Assembly: GCA_965218585.1 (NCBI GenBank)
Contig: CBDCLE010000010.1
Span: forward strand, 128,001-192,000
Length of the DNA: 64,000 nucleotides
Origin: Terriglobia bacterium
Lineage (GTDB): Bacteria > Acidobacteriota > Terriglobia > 20CM-2-55-15
Reading direction: 5' to 3'
The translations under genes and the position numbers were made by a program. The first letter of the stretch is position 1. Each line of letters opens with the position of its first letter. The notes beneath the pieces were generated by a model, which worked only from the letters and a program-made list of their open reading frames with translations, did no database searches and was not told where the DNA came from. Shown here one piece after another: positions 1 through 9,303 of this stretch.

Positions 1-451
1 CGCCCATTTCGTAGTAAATGAAAATATGGTCCCGTTTCAGCGAGGTCTGGAACTTCAGGACGTCTCCCAGCAGAGTTGGAATCGTGTTTGCCCCGCAGGA
101 ATACAGCGGTGACTGGATCTCGTCGAAGTATTCAATCCAGGCCAATGCCCTTTCGCTCAACGGCATTTCATCGACGATGATGGCGCAGTTGTTTCTGGGG
201 ATACCGTTCTGATCCACCAGGAAGCCGCAGTCTCCTCTGGAATACGACTGTCCATCCCGCGTCCAGTTTCCGATGAAGCTATAGGCTTCGGGGGGAAGGG
301 GGCCTATGGGTCGTGAGAAGATTTCTTCAACGTTAACGCTGCTTTGCGCGGGAAGGTCCGCCACGCCGATTATCATGATGAGCGCCACCGAGGCGCCTAG
401 GATCCACGCGATACGTGCTCCCTGATTCACTTTCCTACCCATCGATGACAT
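1..451 (-). CDS. Secreted hypothetical protein, runs off the window edge
   Basis: Manual translation from ATG at 451 (MSSMGRKVNQGARIAWILGASVALIMIIGVADLPAQ...): AGGAG RBS upstream, signal-like hydrophobic stretch, frame open to position 1. Confidence 0.6.
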   Translation of the reverse strand, partial: MSSMGRKVNQGARIAWILGASVALIMIIGVADLPAQSSVNVEEIFSRPIGPLPPEAYSFIGNWTRDGQSYSRGDCGFLVDQNGIPRNNCAIIVDEMPLSERALAWIEYFDEIQSPLYSCGANTIPTLLGDVLKFQTSLKRDHIFIYYEMG

Positions 452-565
452 GACTAAACTCCTGTTGTCGAAAATTTCTTGGGATGAACGAGCAACGGCG
501 CTCGGAAACATCGAGCGCCGCCGGCTGGCATGCAATTACTTCAATTTAACCGCAAGCTGTACGAG

Positions 566-970
566 TTATCCCTGGGGGATACCGCCACCGCCACCAAACC
601 AGACTTCGGAACCGTCAGAGCGCGTGATTTTTCCGGCAACCAATGCGGGAGAGTTTGCCCGCCGTGCGGGGCTGCCCTCGACCGTCACGGTCATGCCGAT
701 CGGCAACGTGTCCGGGGTCCAACCTGCACGGAGTATGGCACTGCCCGTTCCCCTCGAGGTGATGTACCAGTCAGTCGCGACGCCGTTGTCATCGGTTACC
801 GTGACCACCAACTCGCAGTGAGGGTTGACCAGCCTCAGCGACTTGACCACGCCTGTGATGTCAGCAGTCTGTTCCAGGTCCCAGAAGTTGGTGAACGAGT
901 GATGTGCCAGAGCCGGAATGGTTGCTACCAGGAGCCCAATGGCCAGGGCGGCCATGATCGGACGTTTCAT
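566..970 (-). CDS. DUF6152-type periplasmic protein
   Basis: Signal peptide ending ALA-HHSF; ITGVV..NPH motif; GW..DTL..G..VTVEG pattern. Confidence 0.75.
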   Translation of the reverse strand: MKRPIMAALAIGLLVATIPALAHHSFTNFWDLEQTADITGVVKSLRLVNPHCELVVTVTDDNGVATDWYITSRGTGSAILRAGWTPDTLPIGMTVTVEGSPARRANSPALVAGKITRSDGSEVWFGGGGGIPQG

Positions 971-1326
971 TTCAAATTCCTCCTGCTGTTTCTGTACTCT
1001 CTCAGCTATGACTGCCGCGTTTCATGAGGACTCGTGCTTGGCGGCTGTTTTTTGGGCGGAAGTTACGCCGTGTCCCCTACCCGTGTGCACGAAATAGCGA
1101 TTCCAGCGTGTACGGGCCGCCTGATTATGACTTCTGGGCGCATGTTAGTTCTGACGTAACTGATTTGTCAAGAAGCGTTTGACACTTCACTTCGGCCTCT
1201 GGGAATCCCTTCTCGGAACTTCGTTTGACTTTGATTTCGAGTGTACTACCATGAGCGTCACTGTCCACGGCGTATGTACTTGTATCTTAGAAGATGAAGT
1301 CGATATTGAGCGAGGAGGTCCTTCCG

Positions 1327-1719
1327 ATGAGAGTCCGTATCGTGTTGTTGACCGTTCTTATCCTGGTAGTGGTCTTTCCACCGTCGACCCTCTCACATCA
1401 TTCCCGCGCCGCTGAGTTTGACGAGCGACTGCCGGTGTCCTTCGAAGGAGTTGTGGCCAGTGTAGACTGGCGGAATCCCCACATCTGGATTTTTGTAGAT
1501 GAGACTCAGTCCGACGATGAGGTGGTCCACTGGGAAGCCGAAGCTGGTAGCAACCCGATCGGCATGGCAAGAAATGGCTGGAAGAGGGATACGTTGAAGC
1601 CAGGGGATGAAGTCAGGGTCGAAGGCATTCGTGCTTACTGCTGCGAGAATGTCATGAGTATAGGGACGATACGCCGGGCCAACGGGGAGCAACTCTTTGC
1701 CGGTCGTGCCCCGCAATAG
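1327..1719 (+). CDS. DUF6152-type periplasmic protein
   Basis: GAGG RBS before ATG 1327; signal then SHHS; DWRNPH; HWEAE; GWKRDTLKPGDEV. Confidence 0.75.
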   Translation: MRVRIVLLTVLILVVVFPPSTLSHHSRAAEFDERLPVSFEGVVASVDWRNPHIWIFVDETQSDDEVVHWEAEAGSNPIGMARNGWKRDTLKPGDEVRVEGIRAYCCENVMSIGTIRRANGEQLFAGRAPQ

Positions 1720-1753
1720 GAAACCAGGTTAGAAATCGGGAGGAGGGTTCGAA

Positions 1754-2521
1754 GTGAACACTAGTGAGTCCACCGTTATCGCGATGGTACTGATCGGTGC
1801 CGTCCTGGTCTTCGGGCCGGGAGCCGTCAGGGGGCAGAATGCGAAACTTCCGCTACCTCCCGTGGCCGATGGCCCGGAAGGAATGCCGAACCTCAACGGC
1901 GTCTGGCAGGGGACGGGCATTCTCGGAGAGGAGTCGGTCCGGCGGGCCCTTGGAGGGAACCTTCCGCCCTTTACGGCCCTCGCTCAGGAGCGATGAGACA
2001 ATCGTGATCTGGCGCTTGATCCCACGGGTTACTGCCAGCCAAGCGGCCCGGGCCGTATCTTCCACTCGCCGATGTGGTACCAGATCATTCAGAACGAGGG
2101 GCAGGTCACTTTCCTGTTTGAGATCTATCACCAGTTTCATCGGGTGTACACCGACGGGCGCCCTCATCCGGAGCCGCTCGACGTCACCTGGTGGGGCAGT
2201 TCGATCGGCCGGTACGAGGGAAACAAGCTCATCGTGGAAACCATCGGGATCGACGATCGAAGCTGGTTGTTTACTGCAGGGGTTCAGCACAGCGACCAGT
2301 TGCGCTTGATCTGGGAATTCGAAAAAACGGGTTCCGATACCATTCAGTTGACGGAGACTTTCGAAGACCCCGTCTTTTTCACCGAGCCGTTTTCAGTTTC
2401 CTACGATCTGCGGCGAGCCGAGTACGATCTGATGGAGATGATTTGTGCAGACAACAACAGGGATGCGAGCTACTTTGTAAACGACACGGGAGACGTGACG
2501 CATAACCCCAATTTGCAATGA
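1754..2521 (+). pseudogene. Secreted DGRPHP-family hypothetical protein split by an in-frame TGA at 1994-1996
   Basis: ORFs 1754..1996 and 2072..2521 share a frame; read-through gives PNLNGVW...ER*DNRDLALDPTGYCQPSG...TDGRPHP..WWGSSIGRYEG...CADNN. Confidence 0.7.
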
Positions 2522-2745
2522 GACCGATCAGTCTTCTTGATTGAACACCCGAACAGAACCTATGGCGCTGGTGACGATGCGCCGTCCGTTCTTTCTTTCT
2601 TGTATAATGCGCACCTCCACCCACCTTCAGGAGACGCGAGTGGCCCTCGCACCACGAATACGTCGGGGCGTTTACGAATCGCAGCCGACGAGTGCGTCAC
2701 CAGCCCTTCCCCGCCCACGCGATACCAGAGCCAAGGAGTTAACCA

Positions 2746-3930
2746 ATGATTGCATCCAGAAAGCTTTCCACAAGTTTGATGATGATGGTCCTTCTCGTGA
2801 TTCTCACATCCTGCACGGGACCGACCGCGAGCGAAGCGCCCGACGTCGTCGCCGACATCGGGCCCATGTTCGTGCCGGATACCACCTGGCCCGCGCTGCC
2901 TGCGGACTGGGAGTGGGGGCAGGTGATCGGGATCAACCGAGACGCGCGTAACCACATTTGGTCGTCGACGCTGGAAACCGGCCTGCTCACCGAGTGGGAC
3001 GAAGAGGGTAACTTCGTACAGTCCTGGGATGCGGGTGGTCCAGACGGCGAGTGGCGTTCAAACCACGGCCTCTTTGTCGACCACAACGACTACGTCTGGA
3101 CCACTGCGCGCAACTACGGAATGCTCAACAAGTTCACCCGTGACGGAGAGCACCTCCTCTCCATCGGAAGGTTTGACGAGACGGGCGGCAGCAACGACAC
3201 GGAATTGCTCGGGGGGCCTGCCGACATGTGGGTGGATGAGGAAACGAATGAAGTCTTCCTGGCAGACGGCTACGACAACCGACGCGTCATAGTGTTCGAC
3301 GGGGAAACGGGCGAGTATCTACGGCACTGGGGCGCTTATGGGGAAGCGCCCGTAGATCCTCCGCCGGTAGAGGACGGCGTCGAAGAAGTTGCCGAGGAAG
3401 AGGCGGCGCCTGAGACTGTGCCCGAGGCTCCGTCGAGCCAGTTCCAGACCGTCCACGCAATCAGCGGTTCTCGTGATGGACTGATCTATGTCGGTGACCG
3501 GGACAATAACCGCATCCAGGTATTTAGTCGAAACGGGGAGTTCATCATGGAGCGCATTCTGCGGCCGGAGTGCGGAGTGCAGGAACAGGCAGCATGGGTG
3601 CCCGAGCGGACCTGTGGAAGCGATGCTGTGATTGCGATCGCCCTGTCGCCTGACCAAGCGCAGGAATACCTGTACGCGGCCGATGCCGGTCAACACACCA
3701 TCGTCGTTCTCCGACGATCGGACATGGAGATCCTCGACGAATTCGGCGGTCTCGGTGTCGGGCCGGATCAGTTGGGGTTGCCTCACAACATTACGGTGGA
3801 TCAGCAGGGCAACATCTACGTATCCCAGGCAGCGGGTCCGGAAATTCCGGATCCGTCGGGAGAGGGTACGGTTCGGGCCGGGTTCCGCGCCCAGAAGTTC
3901 GCCTTCACCGGGAACGGACCGCAGCCCTAG
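2746..3930 (+). CDS. NHL-repeat lipoprotein (peptidyl-alpha-hydroxyglycine alpha-amidating lyase-like beta-propeller)
   Basis: Lipobox LTSC; HGLFVD, ADGYDNRRV, YVGDRDNNRIQVF, PHNITVD motifs. Confidence 0.75.
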   Translation: MIASRKLSTSLMMMVLLVILTSCTGPTASEAPDVVADIGPMFVPDTTWPALPADWEWGQVIGINRDARNHIWSSTLETGLLTEWDEEGNFVQSWDAGGPDGEWRSNHGLFVDHNDYVWTTARNYGMLNKFTRDGEHLLSIGRFDETGGSNDTELLGGPADMWVDEETNEVFLADGYDNRRVIVFDGETGEYLRHWGAYGEAPVDPPPVEDGVEEVAEEEAAPETVPEAPSSQFQTVHAISGSRDGLIYVGDRDNNRIQVFSRNGEFIMERILRPECGVQEQAAWVPERTCGSDAVIAIALSPDQAQEYLYAADAGQHTIVVLRRSDMEILDEFGGLGVGPDQLGLPHNITVDQQGNIYVSQAAGPEIPDPSGEGTVRAGFRAQKFAFTGNGPQP

Positions 3931-4301
3931 CCCGCATATTTCACCGATAGGACCAGAAAAGGCCGCCCTGTCTGGCATAAAGCGTTTTGAAATAAACGCT
4001 TAACAAGCCAAACGGAGACGGCCCTTATGAGAACAGAGTGTAACCAAACGACGTTCGAATTTCACGGACTTCTTCAACGAAAAGTGAAGGCGCGTTTTGA
4101 CGGCGGAAAGATCACCTCCGACGCTGGGGTTCTGCTGTTGAGGGAAGTGGAAAAGCGAACGGGTCTGATCGCCGGACTGGCCGAGTGTTTCAGGGATTAC
4201 CGGGACGCGAGGTTGATCGAACACACGGTGAGCGAGTTATTGGGGCAGCGCGTCTACGGACTCTGTCTGGGCTACGAGGATCTGAACGATCATGACCAAC
4301 T
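3931..4301 (+). mobile_element. IS1380-family element, 5' remnant (transposase N-terminus from 4027) cut by IS256
   Basis: FDGGKITSDAGVLLLREV..LGYEDLNDHDQL is the IS1380 N-terminus; CCCGCATATTTCACC end-like sequence at 3931. Confidence 0.8.
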
Positions 4302-4302
4302 G

Positions 4303-5838
4303 GGCTCTTGTCAAGAAAGTTGTGTTTGAGGAGGGGATCATAAGTCCTCCTCAAAGCGGGATTGGAACATGGCGTTGAGCTGATGAAGAGCGGAATGGAT
4401 GGAAGTGGCCGGAGATTTCCAACGGCCGTTGTGGAGGTGAGAGACGGCCAAGCCGAGTTTGAACTTGAGGGTGTCTTCGGAGTGAAAGTAGCCGCCCGAA
4501 TTGCGGCGCATAATTTCCAGTTGTCCGTTGACGGCCTCGACGAGGTTGGTGGTGGAAAACGATTTGCGCATGAGGTCGGGATACTTGAGGAAGGCGAGAT
4601 AGTGAGTCCGTTTCTTGCGGAGCCCCGCGATCCAGGAGGGATAGTGCTGGGCGAAGCGGTCACAGAGTTCCTCGAACCCTTGGTTGCCGACATCCTCACA
4701 CCAGGAGGACTTGATGGCACGGAAGCGTTGCTGAAACTCGGCGGCGTCGGATTTGGAGAGATGGCTCTTAGCATTGCGCTGCATGTGGACGGTACAGAGC
4801 TGGATATCAGCATTGGGAAAGAAGCCTTCGCTGACCTTGAGAAGGCCGGAGAAATCGTCCTGGACGAAGATCATGACGCGTCGGAGACCGCGCTCGATCA
4901 GAGAGCGGAGAACCCCCTTCCAGTCTTCGAGATTCTCGCGGCCGGGTTTGGCAATGCAGGCCAGGACACGCTTCTTGCCGTCGCGGCCTAGACCCACCAC
5001 CAGGTAGATACAGGCCGGACGCAGCCGGTCGCCGTCGCGGAGTTCGACGTACTTGCCATCCACGAATAGGGCCAGCAGATCCGTGTCCAGTGGCCGGCTG
5101 TTGCCAAGATCGAGTTCTTCGATCAGGCCCGACGCCACCCGTTCCAGATCCTGTTGGGACCCGGACAGGCCCATCTTCTGAAGCGCCTCCCGGGCCGCAT
5201 TGACCGAACGGGATGAGGCCAGCAGTCCCAGCAAGATGGACTCGACTTCTTCAGGGTAGCCGCGCTGATACGGGGATGGTAGGTTCGCGGGACGGAAATC
5301 CCCGTTACGGGTTCGAGGGACACGGATATCGATCGGAACGCTGCCCACTTGGAGGGAGCGATCGTAAAAACCATTGGGACGGTCGTCGGGGCGGTGTTCA
5401 AGATGCAGGTCCCGTTCGGCCACACTGAGGCCCGACAACAGGGTCCCCAGTACCTCGCGCAGGCTCAGATCGGCCAGCCCGGAGGCCAGCAGGGTCTGGA
5501 TCTGTGTTTTTGTGGATTCAGAAATCTGTTCTGATGGTACGCTTTCATTCGGATCTGTAGACATTGGGTTCAACTCCATAACTGAATAACTGATGACTCA
5601 GGTCTAGGGCTCCAGCGTGAACTGGAGCCCGCTTCAATTTCAGCGGGCGACGGGGGCTGTGGAAACTGCCGGGCCTATGGAAATCGGGGGAATCGGTCGC
5701 CTTCGGCGGCTTCTTCTTGATGATTTCCACAGGCCCTTGGAACACCTCCGGCGTCCGCACAGTTCCCACAGCCCGGACGACGAATCTATCATTCTCTCTC
5801 AACTGGAAATCACGAAACACAACTTTTACGTTACTCCC
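4303..5838 (-). mobile_element. IS256-family element (copy A)
   Basis: Imperfect TIRs ..AAAGTTGTGTTT (to 4327) and AAACACAACTTT.. (ending 5838) enclose the transposase; no target duplication. Confidence 0.8.
4338..5579 (-). CDS. IS256 (Mutator) family transposase
   Basis: RNG.Y.R-like motif, RVPRTR, LFVDG, QLCTVH..RN, STTNLVE motifs. Confidence 0.9.
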   Translation of the reverse strand: MELNPMSTDPNESVPSEQISESTKTQIQTLLASGLADLSLREVLGTLLSGLSVAERDLHLEHRPDDRPNGFYDRSLQVGSVPIDIRVPRTRNGDFRPANLPSPYQRGYPEEVESILLGLLASSRSVNAAREALQKMGLSGSQQDLERVASGLIEELDLGNSRPLDTDLLALFVDGKYVELRDGDRLRPACIYLVVGLGRDGKKRVLACIAKPGRENLEDWKGVLRSLIERGLRRVMIFVQDDFSGLLKVSEGFFPNADIQLCTVHMQRNAKSHLSKSDAAEFQQRFRAIKSSWCEDVGNQGFEELCDRFAQHYPSWIAGLRKKRTHYLAFLKYPDLMRKSFSTTNLVEAVNGQLEIMRRNSGGYFHSEDTLKFKLGLAVSHLHNGRWKSPATSIHSALHQLNAMFQSRFEEDL

Positions 5839-7124
5839 AGCCTGATCCCGCGGCGCGCGGGGGAGCGAGTGAAGACGGATCGGCGCGACGCGGTGAAGCT
5901 GGCGCGGCTGCATCGGTCGGGGGAGCTGACGGCGGTGTGGGTGCCCGACGAGGAGCAGGAGGCGATGCGCGACCTGACGCGGGCGCGCGAGGACATGAAG
6001 GCGATCGAGGCCAAGGCTCGGCAGCGACTGGGGGCGTTTCTGCTGCGTCATGATCGAGTGTATCGGGAAGGCAAGAGCCGGTGGACGCAACGGCACTTTC
6101 GGTGGCTGGAGGAGCAGCGGTTCGAGCATCCGGTACAGCAGGTGGTGTTTCAGGAATACGTCGATACGGTGATGGAGGCGCGCCGCCGCGTGGCGGGCCT
6201 GGAAGGGCAGATGCGCGAGGTGTTGGAGCAGTGGTCGCTGCGTCCGATGGTCGAGGCGCTGATCGCGTTGCGCGGGGTGGATGTGGTCACGGCCATGACG
6301 GTGCTGGCCGAACTCGGGGACCTGACGCGTTTTGACTCGCCGCGCGAGTTGATGAGCTTTCTGGGGCTGGTGCCGAGCGAGCACTCCTCGGGGCCGCGGC
6401 GGCGCCAAGGAGCCATCACGAAAACAGGCAATGGACACGTGCGCCGCGTGCTGGTTGAATCGGCCTGGAGCTACCGGTTCCCTGCGCGCAAAACCAGGCA
6501 CTTGAGATGCAAGGCGAGTGCGGCGCCGCCAGCAGTGCAGGCCATCGCCTGGGCAGCCCAGAAGCGGCTGTGTGCGCGGTACCGGCATCTGTATAGCGCG
6601 GGCAAGGCGAAGTGCGTGGTCACCACCGCGGTGGCCCGCGAGCTGGTGGGGTTCATCTGGGCGATTGCTTGCGAGGTGATGGGCCGAGCCCATGCAACGC
6701 GGGCGCGGAGCTGAGAGATGGGCCGGAGTTCTCCACACCTTGCCACTGCTCCGCCGTGTATTCGAAGCACGCGGTGCCATGGACAAGGTGTGGAGAACTC
6801 CTCCGACGCCTCCCCGGGCGCAATGCCATCATGCGCTTCCGGAGCAAGGCTGGACCCAAAAAACGTAATGTGTTGGATTCAGGGCGTGGCAGGCCGGTGA
6901 GGAGAATCCTCGTGCACGCTATGAGAGGCTTGGCTCAGCCAGACCGACCCACGTCCTTAGACCGAGGCAGCTCCGCGACGAAGTGATGTCAGGTGGTAGC
7001 CAACCCACGAATATCAGAGTGATCCACCGTCGCGAATCATGCCGGCCGCGCCCTGAATCCAGCACATTGAAGGAGGCGCATTCGAGAAACGTAACGGAAG
7101 CTTGACAGGGTCAATCCATATCAG
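5839..7124 (+). mobile_element. IS110/IS1111-type element copy 1, 5'-truncated by IS256
   Basis: Near-identical (about 4 SNPs) to 19285-20570; starts mid-transposase right after the IS256 TIR; ends GGTCAATCCATATCAG. Confidence 0.9.
6715..7122 (+). ncRNA. Putative bridge/seekRNA region of IS110 copy 1
   Basis: Same structured right end as 20161-20568. Confidence 0.7.
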
Positions 7125-7380
7125 CGTACGATTTTTTCCGTTTCGTGAGGTGACCCCTACAAACGCCGCACGTCGGACGAGGAGACCGTCTTTCGGTCCA
7201 GCGTCAGGTTCAGCCACGCCAGCGCGGGAGTACTCGTCAACGATGAGGCGGTCAAAGAGGCCAGGGCTTTCGGAAGTCTCCAGGGCTGAGAAGACCGAAT
7301 GCCCGTTCAGCAGTAGATCAGCCCGCAACGCAGCGCGTCCAGCAAAGAGAACGCCGCCGGGCAGGGATGTGCATGGCGGG

Positions 7381-8931
7381 TTAGCCGGCCCTGCACGCCG
7401 TGCTCGCGCGCAGCCCCTTCCATGTGCTGTAGCACATGAGAACCAGCACCAGCGCGAAGGGGATGGCAGTGGCTAGGGTGGCCGCCTGCGCTGCCACGAG
7501 GCCTCCGCCGAGCAGCAGCGCGATGGCGACGAGCCCCTCGAAGACGCACCAGAACGCGCGCTGGGCAATCGGCGTGTCCAGCTTGCCGCCGGCCGTGATG
7601 GTGTCGATGACCAGCGATCCGGAGTCGGATGAGGTGACGAAGAACACCACCACCAGTACGAGGCCGAGGAACGACGCGATGTTGGCAAGCGGCAGCGTCT
7701 CCAGCATTGCGAACAACGCGATTTCTGGCTGCTGCGTCTGTACCGCCGCGATCACATCGAGATGACCGCGGTCGAGGTACTGCGACACCGCGGTCCCGCC
7801 GAAGGCATTCATCCATATTGCGGCAATCAGCGTCGGGACGATCAGCACGCTGGCGATCAACTCACGGACCGTCCGTCCCCGGGAGATCCGGGCGATGAAC
7901 AGGCCGACGAAAGGGGACCACGAAAGCCACCAGGCCCAAAAGAATGTCGTCCATTCGTGCATGAAGTGGAGGTCCTCGCGGCCCATCCAGTTGCTGAGCG
8001 GCCCGATCGACACTAGATACTGGCCGAGACTGGTCACGGTGCTGGTGGCGATGTCTCGCGTTGGCCCGAGCGCCAGCACGAACGCCAGCAGCAACAGGGC
8101 GAGCAGCAGATTGGCCTCGCTCAATCGCTTGACCCCCTTCACCATCCCGCTGACAACCGATGCCAGTGCTATGGCTGTGATGCCGGCGATCAGCAGCACC
8201 TGGGTGGTATCGGTCACCGGCACCCCCCACAGGCGGGCCAGCCCCGCCGCCACTTGTTTGGCCCCCAGGCCGAGCGACGTGGCCAGCCCGAAGAGCGTGG
8301 CGAAGACGGCAAGGGTATCGATGCCGTGGCCGAACCGGCCCCACACCGCCTTCCCCAGGAGCGGATAGAATGCCGACCGAAGCGTCAACGGCAGGCCGAG
8401 GTTGTAGGAAGCGAAGCCGATCGACAGTGCGACCACCGCGTACATGGCCCACCCATGGAAGCCCCAGTGGTAAATGGCGCCGGCCATGCCGAGGCGCGCC
8501 GCCGCGTCGCCCGCCTCGAGGCCGAGCGGCGGTTGCAGGAAATGCTCCACCGGCTCCGACACCCCGAAGAACATCAGGCCGATGCCCGTCCCGGCGGCGA
8601 ACAGCATGGCGAACCAGGCCGATCGGGAATAGTCCGGTCGGGCATCCGCACCGCCCAGGCGCACGCGGCCGAGCGGGGTCACCACCAGCAGCAGGCAGAA
8701 GAGCACAAAGAGGTTCCCGGCGCCCATGAGCACCCAGTCGAAGGTCGACATGAGCCACGCGCGCAACGCCACAAAGGCGGCCGTTGCCCCGGTCTGGAAC
8801 GCCAGCACTCCGGTGACGAACAGAACGGTGCTCAGGCTGGAGACGACGAAAACCGGATTGTGGACATCGAGGCCGAGGAACTGGACGTTGTCTTGACCCA
8901 GCCTGTAGTCGATCGTCGAACTCTTAGCCAT
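7381..8931 (-). CDS. BCCT family betaine/carnitine/choline transporter
   Basis: WFAMLFAAGTGIGLMFFG..EP, HWGFHGW, WT.FFWAWW.SWSPFVG.FIARISRGRT, FFVTSSDS. Confidence 0.95.
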   Translation of the reverse strand: MAKSSTIDYRLGQDNVQFLGLDVHNPVFVVSSLSTVLFVTGVLAFQTGATAAFVALRAWLMSTFDWVLMGAGNLFVLFCLLLVVTPLGRVRLGGADARPDYSRSAWFAMLFAAGTGIGLMFFGVSEPVEHFLQPPLGLEAGDAAARLGMAGAIYHWGFHGWAMYAVVALSIGFASYNLGLPLTLRSAFYPLLGKAVWGRFGHGIDTLAVFATLFGLATSLGLGAKQVAAGLARLWGVPVTDTTQVLLIAGITAIALASVVSGMVKGVKRLSEANLLLALLLLAFVLALGPTRDIATSTVTSLGQYLVSIGPLSNWMGREDLHFMHEWTTFFWAWWLSWSPFVGLFIARISRGRTVRELIASVLIVPTLIAAIWMNAFGGTAVSQYLDRGHLDVIAAVQTQQPEIALFAMLETLPLANIASFLGLVLVVVFFVTSSDSGSLVIDTITAGGKLDTPIAQRAFWCVFEGLVAIALLLGGGLVAAQAATLATAIPFALVLVLMCYSTWKGLRASTACRAG

Positions 8932-8974
8932 AGGGTTTCATCGGCAGCGTTGCAGGACAGCCGCTGGACACCGG

Positions 8975-9090
8975 CCCCGATCGTGAACTTCTCGTTCCTC
9001 CACTCCGCGCCGCCGCCGCCGTGCACCATATCGTTGATCTTGTAGGTGATGTCGAAGTTGAGGTTGACGTCGTCCTGCCGGTAGCTGCCG
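8975..9090 (-). pseudogene. Short internal fragment of a TonB-dependent receptor-like gene
   Basis: PGSYRQDDVNLNFDITYKINDMVH..GAEWRNEKFTIGAG resembles beta-strands of a TBDR barrel. Confidence 0.4.
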
Positions 9091-9301
9091 GGTCGAATCC
9101 GTTTTCTTCCAGACTCCGGTTTACTCGCTCGCAGAAGACATGTCCTTTCGTCCGTGGCGACTCCTGGGTCGCGACCCGCAACGATTCCTGGTGTCGCTTT
9201 CTCCGTCCCATGCCCATATCGCATCCTCCTTCACTCATCTTCGTCGCGATACAGACGCATGGGATCTGTTGGGATCTATAGGGTGGACTTCAATCACCGG
9301 C
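9085..9301 (-). mobile_element. IS5/IS1182-like transposase 5' relic
   Basis: MGMGRRKRHQESL.VATQE.PRTKGHVF.ERVNR.LEENGFD resembles the N-terminus of IS5/IS1182-type transposases; truncated. Confidence 0.55.
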
Positions 9302-9303
9302 TT

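Noticed and set aside
5617-5838. Novel N-terminus on the 365-aa IS110 ORF
   Set aside because: Chance read-through from the IS256 end; the first catalytic D and E are missing
5545-6786. 413-aa and 520-aa (18670..20232) minus-strand ORFs
   Set aside because: Antisense shadows of the GC-rich IS110 recombinase
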